Shown one piece after another: positions 1 to 12,000 of a DNA stretch of 52,081 bases. Position 1 is the first letter of the stretch. Every line of letters starts with the position of its first letter. The translations under genes were made by a program, and so were the position numbers. The stretch covers positions 1-52,081 of the forward strand of contig JAFSTR010000169.1 in the NCBI GenBank assembly GCA_017445665.1, in the 5' to 3' direction. Source of the DNA: Butyrivibrio sp. Its GTDB lineage: Bacteria > Bacillota > Clostridia > Lachnospirales > Lachnospiraceae. Below the pieces are notes generated by a model. That model did no database searches. It had not been told where the DNA came from and saw nothing but the letters and a program-made list of their open reading frames with translations.

Positions 1-57
1 AATGACCCTCAGTTTGGCCGTGAGCCTTTAGAGGAAGAATAAGGAGGAGGCAAGGAT

Positions 58-2121
58 ATGTTTAAAAGAATGAATCTGCTCTCCAAGATGCTTCTTGGAA
101 TAATACCCGCTGTTGCGCTTGCTCTTATTCTTGTAACGGCAGTCAGCGTAAACAGGTCATCCGGTGCTATTGAGACTCTGACAGCACAGAAGGCAGAAGA
201 GAGCATTGCAGCTAATGTAAGTGATATAAATGCAACACTCAAAACCCTCAGATCTACAGGAACGACTCTTGCAAGTACTGTAGGCGGAACATACAGTTCT
301 ACTGACCTTGATGTATATCAGGCAATTTTTAAAAAGACTATTCTATCCAACAGCGTTATTTCAGGAAGCGGAATATGGTTTAAACAGGGTGTATATAACC
401 ATATGACCTACGCCGGTCCATACTGGTACAGAGATGGAGATACGGTAGTTTATACAGATGAGTATTCCAATGCAGACTACAACTATTTTGAACAGGAATA
501 TTATGTAGTAACAACAGGTCTTTCAGAGGGACAGTCAAATATAACCAACCCATACTATGACCCTTCAAGCGGAAAGGTTATGTCTACCTGTTCGGCTCCG
601 ATCTACGATGTTGCAGGCTATTATTCCGGATGTATTACGGTTGATATTTATCTTGATGAGATCCAGAACATGATCTCTAATATCAGCCTGGGCAAAAACT
701 CAACACCTATGCTTCTTGACTCCGGCGGAACATACATTTATGACGTTGACGAGTCCAAGATCAGCGGATCTGTCAATATCGCCAATGATCCCAACGCTTC
801 CCTTGCCTCAGTTAGCTCTGTTGTAATGGGCAATGAGAGCGGTGTGACCACGTTTAAGCAGAACGGAGAAAACTACCTTCTCTTTTACGGAACAGTACCT
901 GATGTTGGTTGGAAGCTGTGTGTAACTCTTCAGGAAAAAGAGATGAATGCCAGCGTGACCGCTATCAGATCTTTCCTGATCATTATTTGCGTGATAGCCA
1001 TTATTGCGTGCATGGCAATTATTGTGGGCCTGGCCCTTTCCATTGTTAAGAGCGTTAATAATGTTAAGAAATTTGCCGGCAATCTGGCAAAGGGAGATTT
1101 TACCATCTCCAATATCAAAGCTAAGAGTTCTGATGAACTTGGCCAGATGTCTATGTCACTTAATAACATGTATGAGAGCAACAAATCCGTTATCTCTCAG
1201 GTTTCTGAAGAATCCGGCCGTATCGGAGAGGCTTCTTCAAACCTTGGAGATATGGCACAGCAGCTTACCAACGACTTCCAGGTTATCAGAAGCAATATGA
1301 CCGGAGTTAACGATGCCATGATGAGTGCATCAGCTGCTACTGAAGAGGTCAATGCCTCTATTGAGGAAGTAAACGCTTCTGTACAGATGCTGTCCGGACA
1401 GGCTGATGAGACTAGGATCCAGGCTGAGGAGATACAGAAAAAGGCTGCACAGATTGAGGAGAACTCCAGAAGAGCCAGTGAGAATGCCGCTCAAATCTCC
1501 TCTGAGAGAGAAAAAGATGTGGAAGAGGCCAATGAGCAGGCTGAAGTCGTTAAGGAGATCGGTTCTCTTGCAGATTCTATCGCAGAGATTGCAGACCAGA
1601 TCAACCTCCTGTCCCTCAACGCTTCCATCGAGGCTGCAAGAGCCGGAGAGCACGGAAAAGGTTTTGCTGTTGTTGCAGCTGAGATCAACAAGCTTGCAGG
1701 AGATACAGCGGATGCTGTTGGGCAGATACAGGGAACAGTCGACAATGTTCAGGGGGCCTTTGAACATCTGCTCAATGCTACCAATGAACTTCTCAGGTTC
1801 CTTAAGGAAACTGTTAAGACCGATTATGACAACTTCGTAAATATAGCTCAGGAATACGGCAACGATGCTGAATCCTTTGGACGTCAGTCGAGTTCTATTT
1901 CCGAGATGGTTGATACTATCCGTGGCGCTATGGGAGAAGTAAGTTCAGCTATCCAGAACATTACCGAGTCCACTCAGGACACAGCATCCAGAAGTTCGGA
2001 GATCACCGATACAGTTAACACCGTATCCGGAGTGGTTGATAACGTATCAGATATGTCTGTTCGTCAGCAGGAGATTTCTAAGTCGTTGTCTGACGTAGTA
2101 GGACAGTTCAAACTTAAATGA
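58..2121 (+). CDS. Methyl-accepting chemotaxis protein (TM-dCache-TM-HAMP-MCP signal)
   Basis: RBS AGGAGG upstream; two TM segments flanking a Cache-like periplasmic region (ITNPYYD); MCP hairpin [27 protein letters not shown]. Confidence 0.95.
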   Translation: MFKRMNLLSKMLLGIIPAVALALILVTAVSVNRSSGAIETLTAQKAEESIAANVSDINATLKTLRSTGTTLASTVGGTYSSTDLDVYQAIFKKTILSNSVISGSGIWFKQGVYNHMTYAGPYWYRDGDTVVYTDEYSNADYNYFEQEYYVVTTGLSEGQSNITNPYYDPSSGKVMSTCSAPIYDVAGYYSGCITVDIYLDEIQNMISNISLGKNSTPMLLDSGGTYIYDVDESKISGSVNIANDPNASLASVSSVVMGNESGVTTFKQNGENYLLFYGTVPDVGWKLCVTLQEKEMNASVTAIRSFLIIICVIAIIACMAIIVGLALSIVKSVNNVKKFAGNLAKGDFTISNIKAKSSDELGQMSMSLNNMYESNKSVISQVSEESGRIGEASSNLGDMAQQLTNDFQVIRSNMTGVNDAMMSASAATEEVNASIEEVNASVQMLSGQADETRIQAEEIQKKAAQIEENSRRASENAAQISSEREKDVEEANEQAEVVKEIGSLADSIAEIADQINLLSLNASIEAARAGEHGKGFAVVAAEINKLAGDTADAVGQIQGTVDNVQGAFEHLLNATNELLRFLKETVKTDYDNFVNIAQEYGNDAESFGRQSSSISEMVDTIRGAMGEVSSAIQNITESTQDTASRSSEITDTVNTVSGVVDNVSDMSVRQQEISKSLSDVVGQFKLK

Positions 2122-2178
2122 TTCTTTTGTTGATCAGTACTGTCAACTAACATATAAACAAATAAAAGGAGAGAATAC

Positions 2179-4248
2179 ATGAAAAGGATGAGTCTTCGCG
2201 TCAAGATGCTTCTGTGTATTTTGCCGGTCATGGCCATAGCCATGGTTCTGCTGACATATGTAGCAGCTAATCAGATCAGCAGCACTATGCAGTCCATGAA
2301 CACCGAAACAATGAATGAGACAGTTATTGCTAACGCAAACATTGTTGACGGTAAGCTAAAGATAATCAAAACCTCGTGTGTTGATATTGCCCAGATGATA
2401 TCAACATCTTATCAGTTTGTTACGATGGATAACTATAAGGGTACTATCACTAAGATTATCACTAGTAACGATTCTGTTCTCGGGTCCGGAATCTGGTTTG
2501 AACCCTATATGTTCGATAAGAACGAAATGTATGTAGGTCCATACTGGTATAAAGACGGTAGTGAAATTGTTGAGACCTATGATTACAGTAATGCTGAGTA
2601 TGACTACTTTAATCAGGAATACTATCTGAACGCGAAATCACTTTCAGAGGGTCAGGCAATGATCACAGATCCATACTATGATCCTACATCAGGTACGGTT
2701 ATGGCCAGCTGTTCAGCACCTATATATGACAACGGCACATATGTTGGCTGTGTAACAGTTGACATGTCATTGGATGACATAGACGAGATGATATCCGGAA
2801 TCAAAGTCGGAAAAACCGGATCGGCAATGCTTGTTGATTCATCAGGAACATATCTTTACTGCCTTGATTCTTCCAAGGTGGAATCAGGAGTTCACATCAC
2901 CGAAGACGATAATCCTGCACTTGCTGCAATGGGAACAGAGCTCATGTCAAAAGATTCCACATATCCTCAGATGGGTGCATTCATGGAGAATGGCAAAAAT
3001 ATACTTTTGACATATGTTACCATTCCTGATGTTAATTGGAAGCTTATACTTCGAATGGACATAGACGAGCTTGAAGAACCGGTACAGGCCGCAGGCGTTA
3101 AGCTTGCCGGTATTTGTATTGCGGCTCTTTTGGTTGGCGCGGCTATCATCTGGATATTTGTAATGAGTATCTCAAAGAGTATCAACAATGTTAAAGCCTT
3201 TGCCGGATCCCTTGCAAGCGGTGACTTTACTGTTGATAAGATCAGAAGTAAGAGCGGAGATGAGCTGGGACAGATGTCCGATTCCTTAAACAACATGTTT
3301 GAGAGCAACCGCGATGTTATCAGTAAGATTTCAGACGGATCGGAACGGGTATCCGAGACATCTTCAGGTCTTGCTACCATGGCCGGTGAACTTCAGGATC
3401 AGTTCAACAGCATCCAGGGCAATATCTCAGGCGTTAACGATGCCATGATGTCCTCCGGTGCAGCAACTGAGCAGGTTAATGCTTCTGTAGAAGAAGTCAA
3501 TGCGTCAGTTCATCAGCTGGCTGGCGAGACTGAAAAGACAAGTGCAGAGGCTGCCGATATCAAGGCGAGAGCAAGAGATATCGAAAAGAAATCAAAGCAG
3601 GCCTATGACAATGCGATCAGTATTGCAGAGCAGAGAGAAGCAGATCTTGCCGATGCCAATGAGAAGGCTAAGGTTGTGGATCAGATCGGAACTCTTGCCG
3701 ATACGATTGCTGAGATTGCCGACCAGATCAACCTTCTTTCACTCAATGCAAGTATTGAGGCTGCAAGAGCAGGAGATGCAGGTAAAGGTTTCGCAGTAGT
3801 TGCTTCAGAGATCAACAAGCTTGCAAGTTCAACATCGGAGGCAGTAGAGCAGATCAGAGATACCATCGACGGTGTACAGGAAGCTTTCGGAACACTTTCA
3901 AATTCTTCGGGAGAGCTGCTTGAATTCATTAAAGAGACAGTTACACCTGATTATGACAACTTCGTAAATGTAGCTAAACAGTACGGCGATGATGCTGATT
4001 CCTTCGGAGGATCTTCAGAGAACATTGCTCAGATGGTTGAGAACATCAGAGCATCCATGGAAGAGGTATCTAAGGCTATCCAGAATATCGCAGAATCTAC
4101 ACAGGATACTGCAGATCTCTCCAGCAGAGTAAATGACTCCGTAATGGCTGCTGCAGATGTTGTTTCCAATGTAAATGATATGTCCGGCAAACAGGAAGAG
4201 ATCGCCGGAACGCTGAAAGAGATTGTGGGTAAGTTCAAACTTAAGTGA
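2179..4248 (+). CDS. Methyl-accepting chemotaxis protein, tandem paralog of 58..2121
   Basis: RBS AAGGAG; same architecture; [27 protein letters not shown]; collinear similarity to upstream MCP, both ending in FKLK. Confidence 0.95.
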   Translation: MKRMSLRVKMLLCILPVMAIAMVLLTYVAANQISSTMQSMNTETMNETVIANANIVDGKLKIIKTSCVDIAQMISTSYQFVTMDNYKGTITKIITSNDSVLGSGIWFEPYMFDKNEMYVGPYWYKDGSEIVETYDYSNAEYDYFNQEYYLNAKSLSEGQAMITDPYYDPTSGTVMASCSAPIYDNGTYVGCVTVDMSLDDIDEMISGIKVGKTGSAMLVDSSGTYLYCLDSSKVESGVHITEDDNPALAAMGTELMSKDSTYPQMGAFMENGKNILLTYVTIPDVNWKLILRMDIDELEEPVQAAGVKLAGICIAALLVGAAIIWIFVMSISKSINNVKAFAGSLASGDFTVDKIRSKSGDELGQMSDSLNNMFESNRDVISKISDGSERVSETSSGLATMAGELQDQFNSIQGNISGVNDAMMSSGAATEQVNASVEEVNASVHQLAGETEKTSAEAADIKARARDIEKKSKQAYDNAISIAEQREADLADANEKAKVVDQIGTLADTIAEIADQINLLSLNASIEAARAGDAGKGFAVVASEINKLASSTSEAVEQIRDTIDGVQEAFGTLSNSSGELLEFIKETVTPDYDNFVNVAKQYGDDADSFGGSSENIAQMVENIRASMEEVSKAIQNIAESTQDTADLSSRVNDSVMAAADVVSNVNDMSGKQEEIAGTLKEIVGKFKLK

Positions 4249-4266
4249 TAATGAGTCGAAAGTAAG

Positions 4267-4301
4267 AAAGAGCGTACATGCTTGCATGTACGCCCTTTTT
4301 T
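4267..4301. terminator. Intrinsic terminator, probably bidirectional, between convergent mcp and glgD
   Basis: GCGTACATGC-TT-GCATGTACGC stem followed by CCTTTTTT; A-rich on the other side. Confidence 0.8.
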
Positions 4302-4312
4302 GACTTTATGAC

Positions 4313-4397
4313 GATAACGGATATGAGGAAAAAAGTGCGTAGCACGATTTCCGAATGTCCGTCGGATTGCGAGAACGAAGTGGAGCAATCCGTTATC
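4313..4397. repeat. Structured intergenic element (two hairpins closed by an outer stem)
   Basis: Outer GATAA/TTATC; hairpin 1 CGGATAT(4318)/ATGTCCG(4361) with inner GTGC-GTA-GCAC; hairpin 2 CGGATTGC(4363)/GCAATCCG(4392). Confidence 0.55.
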
Positions 4398-4414
4398 ACT
4401 GAATCCGTATAATT

Positions 4415-5533
4415 CTACAATGTGTCTTGCCTCTTGATATACTGCGGAGCATCAGCCTCGCCTCGTATGTTCTTGGCATGGATTATATGTGCCCACTTAT
4501 CAACGATGGCATTTTCAATGTGAACACCCTCTTCAATTGTGGAGTAGGCCATGATGATGGAGTTCTTGATGACAGCGCCTTTCTTGATCACAACACTACG
4601 TCCGATTATTGAATTTTCGATGCTTCCTTCAATAAGACATCCGTTACTTACAAAAGAGTTTGTGACCTTGGCACTTTCGAAGTACTGAGTAGGGCAGGCA
4701 TCGGTGGTCCTTGTGTAGATGGGCCACTCGGGACGGAACAGGTCATGAGCCATATCATAGTCAAGAAGTGCCATTGATGCATTGAAATAATCTTCAAGAC
4801 TTGTCAGGGTCGCAAAGTATCCTCTGTGCTGGAAGGCTCTGATATCCATGTCCTTGCACTTAAGGTTTACGATATCAGCAAGGGTGTACATGGAGCTCAT
4901 CCAGCTGGCTGACTTTACAAGCTCAACGAAAATGTCTTTCTTCATGCAGTAGGTATCCATGAAAATGTTTCTGGAGTTGGCTGTTCCAAGGTTCTTGTCT
5001 ATGGACTGGACACCCTTTTGTTTGTTGACGGAAACGGTGTGGCAGTTCTTAAAATACTCCCTGGCATTGTCTACCTTGTGGTACAAAAGAGTTACGTCGG
5101 CTCCGGAAGAAACATGGGCATCAAGGAGCTGTCTGTAATCCTGCTTGTAAACCATGTAGCTGGGAGCAATGATAACATAATCCTGATGCATACGCTGAAT
5201 GATATCAAGATTCTCCATGTAAGCGGAGATATCATTGTTGTAAATGGAGCGTGAAGATGAGTTCTGTGAAAACAGAAGCTGGATCTTACCACGTTTTGAG
5301 TTGATGTTGTAATGTCTTCCGCTTCCTACGTGCTCGGCAATGGATCTGGGCCTTGAGCGGACATATACCTGAATACGGTTAATATCACTGTTACTCATGT
5401 TTGAGATGGGAAAATCTATAACACGAAATCTTCCAAGGAAAGAGAAAGCACCAATGGGACGATAATCGTGAAGACCCTCAACATGGATGGTGTTATCTGC
5501 GGAGGATACTATACCAAAAGCCTTAACTGCCAT
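4415..5533 (-). CDS. glgD: Glucose-1-phosphate adenylyltransferase subunit GlgD
   Basis: GlgD-type N-terminus (RPIGAFSFLGRFRVIDFPISN) lacking the GGxGxRL motif; C-terminal left-handed beta-helix; overlaps glgC stop. Confidence 0.92.
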   Translation of the reverse strand: MAVKAFGIVSSADNTIHVEGLHDYRPIGAFSFLGRFRVIDFPISNMSNSDINRIQVYVRSRPRSIAEHVGSGRHYNINSKRGKIQLLFSQNSSSRSIYNNDISAYMENLDIIQRMHQDYVIIAPSYMVYKQDYRQLLDAHVSSGADVTLLYHKVDNAREYFKNCHTVSVNKQKGVQSIDKNLGTANSRNIFMDTYCMKKDIFVELVKSASWMSSMYTLADIVNLKCKDMDIRAFQHRGYFATLTSLEDYFNASMALLDYDMAHDLFRPEWPIYTRTTDACPTQYFESAKVTNSFVSNGCLIEGSIENSIIGRSVVIKKGAVIKNSIIMAYSTIEEGVHIENAIVDKWAHIIHAKNIRGEADAPQYIKRQDTL

Positions 5534-6675
5534 TACTTTGTACCTCCTTTCACGTTTTTGGCAACAAGTTCAATGTTTTCGCTGTTTCTGGAACCTACCC
5601 TGGCTTTCTTGCCAATATGTACATTTTCAGCAACCAGCGCTCTTGTAACTGTTGCGCCTTCTTCGACCACTACACCCGGCATGAGAACAGAATCAACGAT
5701 CTTGGCTCCCTTGCCCACAATGGCTCCTGTAAAGAGAACCGAGTTGGTGACACTTCCCTCTACACGCACACCCTGTGTGATATATGCTTTTTTGATCTTT
5801 GCATCCTTGCCTATGTACTGAGGAAGAGTAGATACGTCTTCTGTGTAGATGAGCCAGGATGAATCGTTCAGATTAAGAGAGTTCTTGGGATCGAGAAGAT
5901 CCATGTTGGCTTCCCAAAGGGAATCGATGGTTCCCACATCCTTCCAATATCCCTTGAATTCATATGCGAAAAGACCTTTCTTTTCATTCAGCATTCTTGG
6001 AATAATGTCTTTTCCGAAGTCATGATCTGAATCGGGGTTCTTCATATCCTCGATAAGCATCTTGCGAAGAAGCTTCCAGCTGAAGATGTAGATACCCATG
6101 GACGCGAGATTGCTCTTTGGCTTGGCGGGCTTTTCTTCGAATTCGATGATACGGCCCTTGCCGTCAGTATTCATGATTCCGAAACGGCTTGCTTCACGCA
6201 TGGGAACACCGCGGACAGCAATAGTTGCGTCAGCGTGCATCTGTTTGTGATAATCAAGCATCTTGGAATAATTCATCTTGTAAATGTGATCTCCGGAAAG
6301 AATAAGCAGATACTCCGGATCGTAAGTATCGATAAAATCGATATTTTGAGAAATTGCATCAGCGGTTCCGCGAAAGACATCAAGGCCCTGATCAGCCTTC
6401 TCGCGTGGAGTCAAAACATATACACCGCTGTCCTTGGAGTCGAGACCCCAACGTCCGTCCTGTGCTACATAGCTGTTAAGGAGCACGGACTCATACTGTG
6501 TAAGAACACCGACAACATCGATGCCACTGTTCGCACAGTTACTTAAAGGGAAATCAATGATACGATATTTTCCCCCATAGAAAACTGCTGGCTTAGCTAC
6601 CTTCGTGGTTAGGTCTTTTAGCCTGCTTCCACGTCCACCTGCCAGGATCATAGCTAACATTTCGTTTTGAGCCAT
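5533..6675 (-). CDS. glgC: Glucose-1-phosphate adenylyltransferase GlgC
   Basis: [51 protein letters not shown] motifs. Confidence 0.97.
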   Translation of the reverse strand: MAQNEMLAMILAGGRGSRLKDLTTKVAKPAVFYGGKYRIIDFPLSNCANSGIDVVGVLTQYESVLLNSYVAQDGRWGLDSKDSGVYVLTPREKADQGLDVFRGTADAISQNIDFIDTYDPEYLLILSGDHIYKMNYSKMLDYHKQMHADATIAVRGVPMREASRFGIMNTDGKGRIIEFEEKPAKPKSNLASMGIYIFSWKLLRKMLIEDMKNPDSDHDFGKDIIPRMLNEKKGLFAYEFKGYWKDVGTIDSLWEANMDLLDPKNSLNLNDSSWLIYTEDVSTLPQYIGKDAKIKKAYITQGVRVEGSVTNSVLFTGAIVGKGAKIVDSVLMPGVVVEEGATVTRALVAENVHIGKKARVGSRNSENIELVAKNVKGGTK

Positions 6676-6722
6676 ATGTAGATCCCCCTATCTTGATGTT
6701 TGTAGAAATACCCTATAATCTA

Positions 6723-6731
6723 TGATATAAT
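6723..6731 (+). promoter_or_regulatory. Extended -10 promoter element for the GT2 gene
   Basis: TGATATAAT about 40 nt upstream of the GTG start, in the divergent intergenic region. Confidence 0.55.
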
Positions 6732-6770
6732 GCATGAGGACTTTAATCAAGCACGAAAGGGGTATCTAGG

Positions 6771-7679
6771 GTGCTTTCCGTAATTATACCTGCATACAAT
6801 GAAGAAGAGATAATACCACAAACCGCTTCAGTAATAAGCGGTATTTTAAGTGATGCCAATATAGAGCACGAGCTGCTTTTTGTGAATGACGGATCCAAGG
6901 ACAAAACCTGGGAAAAGATAGAGCAGCAGGCGGAGAATATCCCCTGTGTCAGAGGAATCTGTTTTTCAAGGAACTTTGGAAAAGAGTCGGCGATATTTGC
7001 CGGAATAGCAGAGGCAAAGGGTGAATGCTGCGTGGTAATCGACTGCGACCTTCAGCATCCGCCGGAGAAGATAGTCGAGATGTACAGACTCTGGGAGCAG
7101 GGATATGAGATAGTAGAGGGTGTTAAGTCTGACCGCGGCAGAGAGAGCGGCCTTCACAGATTTGCTGCCAAAAGTTTCTACGGCATCATGTCCAGCGCTA
7201 TCGGATTTGATATGTCCAGAGCATCTGACTTTAAGCTCCTTGACAGAAAGGCCATGAACGTACTCCTTAACATGAACGAGAAGAACGCATTCTTCAGGGC
7301 TCTTTCATCCTGGATCGGCTTTAAGTCAACAGAAGTGGAATATGAGGTGAGAGAGAGGCAAGTCGGTACCTCCAAATGGAGCACCAGAGCACTGTTTAAA
7401 TATGCTCTTACCAATATCACATCCTTTACATCTGCGCCTATGCAGATAGTTACACTTCTTGGAATCATCGTGTTTGTCGTGGGCCTTGGCGCCAGCATCG
7501 AAGCGATCGTGACCTTCTTTAAGGGACAGGCACAGGACGGCTTTACGACCGTTATTATCCTTCAGTGCTTTACAGGGTCTTTTATCATGATGGCACTTGG
7601 AATTATCGGATTCTACATTTCCAAGATCTATGATGAGGTCAAGGGAAGGCCGAAGTATATCATTGACAGGACGGTATAA
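6771..7679 (+). CDS. GT2 polyprenyl-phosphate glycosyltransferase (GtrB/YkoT-like)
   Basis: SVIIPAYNEE, VNDGSKD, SRNFGKESA, IDCDLQHPP, two C-terminal TM helices, EVKGRPKY. Confidence 0.92.
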   Translation: MLSVIIPAYNEEEIIPQTASVISGILSDANIEHELLFVNDGSKDKTWEKIEQQAENIPCVRGICFSRNFGKESAIFAGIAEAKGECCVVIDCDLQHPPEKIVEMYRLWEQGYEIVEGVKSDRGRESGLHRFAAKSFYGIMSSAIGFDMSRASDFKLLDRKAMNVLLNMNEKNAFFRALSSWIGFKSTEVEYEVRERQVGTSKWSTRALFKYALTNITSFTSAPMQIVTLLGIIVFVVGLGASIEAIVTFFKGQAQDGFTTVIILQCFTGSFIMMALGIIGFYISKIYDEVKGRPKYIIDRTV

Positions 7680-7802
7680 CGGGCCGTTTGCAAGTTTTTT
7701 CATCAACGGAAATTAATAAAAATATTATTTGTTTAATCGTATTTTAGAGGTACAATATAAGTAAGTGGGAGTTTGTCTTTATGTGGCTGAAAGGAGAACT
7801 TT

Positions 7803-9026
7803 ATGCTTGCTACGTTGATACCTCTTTTTGATAGTGAAATGTCTGTGTGCTCATATTCTGTCTTTGCACGCAAGACCAATCTCTTTTTGAATCCCTCATT
7901 TATGGCCGGGGCCAGATTCGATGGGGCAGGTACCGTTCCGGAGCTTGAAGTTGTCAGTAACATGGGTGTTGCAACTCTCTCAGGCGGAAAAGAGGTCTTT
8001 GTTCCCATAAATCAGTTTTCAATTTTTGCAGAGATATCCCTTCAGTGTACGGTTCCGCCGCAGAAGGTTGTTCTTTTGATGGATAATTCAATTCCTCCGG
8101 AGGAGGCTTACGTCAAGAGGGCAAAAGAGCTTAAGGAACAGGGATACAGACTGGCAATCCGAAAGATCCCAATCAGTAGTTTTGAAGATTACAAGGAGCT
8201 TATAGCCCTTTGCAGCTATATACTTCTTGATCACGTTAAGATTGATGTTTCCAAGGCTAAAATATATTTTGGCAGACAGTATCCGGGCATCAAGCTGTGT
8301 GCTGTTAATGTTGATACAAAAGAAGACTATGACAAGCTTGTAGCGGACGGCGGATATGACCTCTACGAGGGAAGCTTCTTCAGAATGCCCATTAAGAAGT
8401 CGGAGAAAGAGGTAAGCCCGTTGAAGGTCAACTACATTGAACTTCTCAATGTGGTCAACGCCCCTGACTATGATCTGACCGATGCTGCGGATGTTATCGG
8501 AAAAGACCCTGCTCTTGTGATCTCACTTCTTGAGATCGTAAACAGAATGGCTTTTAATTCCGAGATAACATCTATTCGCCATGCGGCTGCCATGCTCGGA
8601 CAGAAGGAACTGAAAAGATGGATCAATACAGCCGTTACAAAGGAACTTTGTGCGGATAAGCCAAGTGAGCTTATCAGGCTGGTTATGATAAGAGCGAAAT
8701 TTGCAGAGAACCTTGCCAGTGAGTTTGAGATGGCAATGCAGGCGCCGGAGCTGTTCATTATGGGATTGTTCTCGGCTCTTGATATCATGCTTGAAAAGAC
8801 CATGGAAGATGCCCTTGAAATGGTCCAGGTTTCAACGCATATCAAAGAAGCACTTCTGGAGAACAAGGGAGATTTCGCTAAGATACTGCAGTTTATCAAA
8901 TGCTATGAGGATGCGGACTGGACTGAGGTATCCAGGATCCTTGTTCTGGAAGATATCGATATGAACAATGTCTACACCGCATATCTCGGAGCGCTTAGAT
9001 GGTATCGTGATCTGATTCCGGCATAA
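7803..9026 (+). CDS. EAL-like + HDOD domain protein (YuxH/PdeH-like, degenerate EAL)
   Basis: RBS AAGGAG; C-terminal HDOD (DPALVISLL...ITSIRHAAAMLG...RAKFAE...GLFSALD); N-terminal EAL-like region lacks the ExL and DDF motifs. Confidence 0.8.
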   Translation: MLATLIPLFDSEMSVCSYSVFARKTNLFLNPSFMAGARFDGAGTVPELEVVSNMGVATLSGGKEVFVPINQFSIFAEISLQCTVPPQKVVLLMDNSIPPEEAYVKRAKELKEQGYRLAIRKIPISSFEDYKELIALCSYILLDHVKIDVSKAKIYFGRQYPGIKLCAVNVDTKEDYDKLVADGGYDLYEGSFFRMPIKKSEKEVSPLKVNYIELLNVVNAPDYDLTDAADVIGKDPALVISLLEIVNRMAFNSEITSIRHAAAMLGQKELKRWINTAVTKELCADKPSELIRLVMIRAKFAENLASEFEMAMQAPELFIMGLFSALDIMLEKTMEDALEMVQVSTHIKEALLENKGDFAKILQFIKCYEDADWTEVSRILVLEDIDMNNVYTAYLGALRWYRDLIPA

Positions 9027-9060
9027 GCAAGAGGGCAGCTTTATGCTTTGAGGATCCAGT

Positions 9061-12000
9061 ATGGTTGATGTCAGAGGGATAGGCAGCTTTACCTTTAACC
9101 TCGCGGCTGTTATTGTTGCAGTGACCTGTCTTTTCTATACTCTTTTGATGGGCAGGAACCGCAGGTTTAAGAATAAACTGTTTATCGCGCTTATAGTAAT
9201 TGTAATCATTGATGCGACTACCGTTATAGGAGCTGATCTGATAACACTTGGGAATATATCCCAGGCAGGTAAGCTCTTGATTTTTTATGTGCTCCAATAC
9301 ATCTATTTTTTCACACATTTTGCCATTGCTCCAATGTTTGCGCTATATATAATAATGGTCTGCAATGTGTCGTATCGCTTTTCCAAGCTGGCGCAGTTTT
9401 GTCTTGCGTTGCCTTTCTATATTCTTGAAATCCTTGTTGCCACCAATGTCTTTACGCGTTTTGTATATATCTTTGACGATGAACTGAAGTTCCACAGACA
9501 CGCAGGTGTTTACATCGCCTATGTTCAGGCGGGGTTCTACGTTCTGTTTGCGATGGTGGCGCTTTTTCTGTATTGGAATATCCTCAACAGGATGAAAAAG
9601 ATCGCACTTCTCTATTTCTTCGGGATAGTGATTGCCGGAACTCTGATACAGATGTTTTTCAGCAATATCCAGTGTGAGCTCATTTGCGAGGCTATAGGTC
9701 TTATGGGCATCATGATCGTCCTTGAAAATGACGATGACATGATGGATATGCCATCCGGTGCCTTTAACAGAAATGCCATGACCAAGGATGTGGGAAACTA
9801 CTTTAAGTACGGCAGGAATTTCTACAGCATCTGTATAAGGCTTCTTAATGCTGATTCTTACAGGAAGATCACGGGATACGAAGAGTTTGAAAAGATACTA
9901 AGAGAGATTGTTGAGTTCTTTCGCAGTATCGATGACAGATTTGATATTTACAGGGCAGCGTCAGACTGCTTTATGATAGTCTGCCCCGATATAGATAACG
10001 ACTACGCTACAAGCGTGGCGGAGAAGGTTTTATCAAGGTTTGATCAGGGGTGGTCCCTAAAGGACAACACTCTGTTTCTTAAGGCCTATATACTCATGGC
10101 CAGCTCTCCTGATCAGTTTACATCCCTTGACAATCTCTTTTTCCTGAGCGACTCATCAATTGATGCTGATAACGACAGGGTGCTCCAGGGCCATGATCTG
10201 GACTTCATCCTTAGAAGGGCCGAAGTCGAAAAGGCTGTTAAAAGAGATATCGGAACCGATGCTTTTAAGGTATATTTCGAACCTATTTATACCAAGGATG
10301 ATCTGGCCATCTGTGCGGCTCAGGCGGTTGTTGTTTTTGAAGACAGCGAGCTCGGTGCGATCGCGCCTGATGAATTCCTTCCGATCGCGGAGCAGACAGG
10401 ACTTATAGAGAAACTGGGATGGTTTACAATTGATGAGGCTTTCTACTTCCTCGGCGGCGGTATCGCCGAAGAGATGGGATTGGAATTCATTGAGATAGGG
10501 CTCTCATCCATTCAGCTCATAAAATCGGATTTCAGCGCAAGAGTAAGAAAAGCACTGTCAAAATTCGGTGTAAGACCGACTCAGATTGTTTTTGATATTA
10601 CGGAATCATCCGCCGCAACAGATCAGGATGTGCTCGGTATCGTCATGGCGGATCTTGAAAAAGACGGGATCAGGTTCTTTATGGATGAATACGGATCCGG
10701 TTTCTTTAACATGCAATCAGCTTCTTCACTCATCTTTGAGGGTGTGAAGATGGATGCATCTCTTTTGCATGTGGCTAAAAGAAATATGCAGAACAAGATC
10801 ATTCTTGAGAACAGACTTAAGATGATGAACCAGATGCAAAAGCGCATTGTCCTGGATCATGTGGATTCCCAGGAACTCTTTGAGACCATATCCGCCGTGA
10901 AAGCTGATTACCTAAAGGGTTCTTATTTTTCCGAAGCGGTAAGCAAGAATGAGTTTATCTCAATCCTGCGTGCTACCGAGCTTGCCAGGATGGAGGAGAG
11001 AAGAGCAAGGGCTGCCAACGAAGCAAAGAGCAACTTCCTTGCCAATATGTCACACGAGATAAGAACCCCTATCAATGCAGTACTTGGTATGAATGAGGTT
11101 ATCCTTCGTGAATGCACGGATGAAAAGATCCTTGAATATGCCCAGAATATTGAGGGGGCCGGAAGAACTCTTTTGTCACTGATAAATGATATCCTTGACT
11201 TCTCCAAGATCGAGGCGGGAAGTATGGAAATCAATGAGGCGGATTATGACTTCTCATCGGTTCTCAACGATGTCTACAACATGGTGCATATCAAGGCATC
11301 CCAGAAGTCGCTTCAGCTGATATTTGATATTGATGACACTCTTCCGGAGAGTATGCACGGCGATGAGATGCGCCTTAGACAGATAATGGTGAACATCTTA
11401 AATAATGCTGTAAAGTATACCTCCGAAGGAAAGGTCACCCTTAAGATAACAGGCTATCGGGAATTTGGTGACATGATAACCTTAAAGATCGATGTTTCGG
11501 ATACCGGCATCGGAATTAAGGATGAGGACAAGGAAAGACTCTTTGAGAAATTCAAGAGGCTTGATATAGACAAGAACAAGACCGTTGAAGGAAGCGGACT
11601 TGGACTTGCCATCACAAGCTCTCTTCTTGATCTTATGGGCGGAAGTATTTCTGTTGAAAGTGAGTATGGAAAGGGATCAACCTTTACCATCACTCTTCCA
11701 CAGAAGGTTGTCAGTGATAATCCGATCGGAGACTTTAAGTCTAAGCTTTCGGAGACGACGAAGGAGCGAAAGAAATATAAAGAAAAACTGACAGCTCCTG
11801 AAGCGGAGATCCTGGTAGTTGATGACACGCCTATGAACCATGTGGTCATCAGAGAACTGCTAAAGAGCATACAGGTCAGGGTGGAATCCGCAAGAAGCGG
11901 AGAGGAGTGCCTCAAAAAGCAGCACGAAAAGAAATACGACATCATTTTCCTGGACTATCGTATGCCGGGAATGGATGGTATTGAGACACTGGATGAAATC

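Noticed and set aside
4415-6675. glgCD without glgA/glgB/glgP
   Set aside because: Split glycogen loci are ordinary in clostridial genomes
6771-7679. Orphan GtrB-like gene as a phage serotype-conversion remnant
   Set aside because: No gtrA, gtr-type transferase or phage context; chromosomal GT2 genes of this type are common
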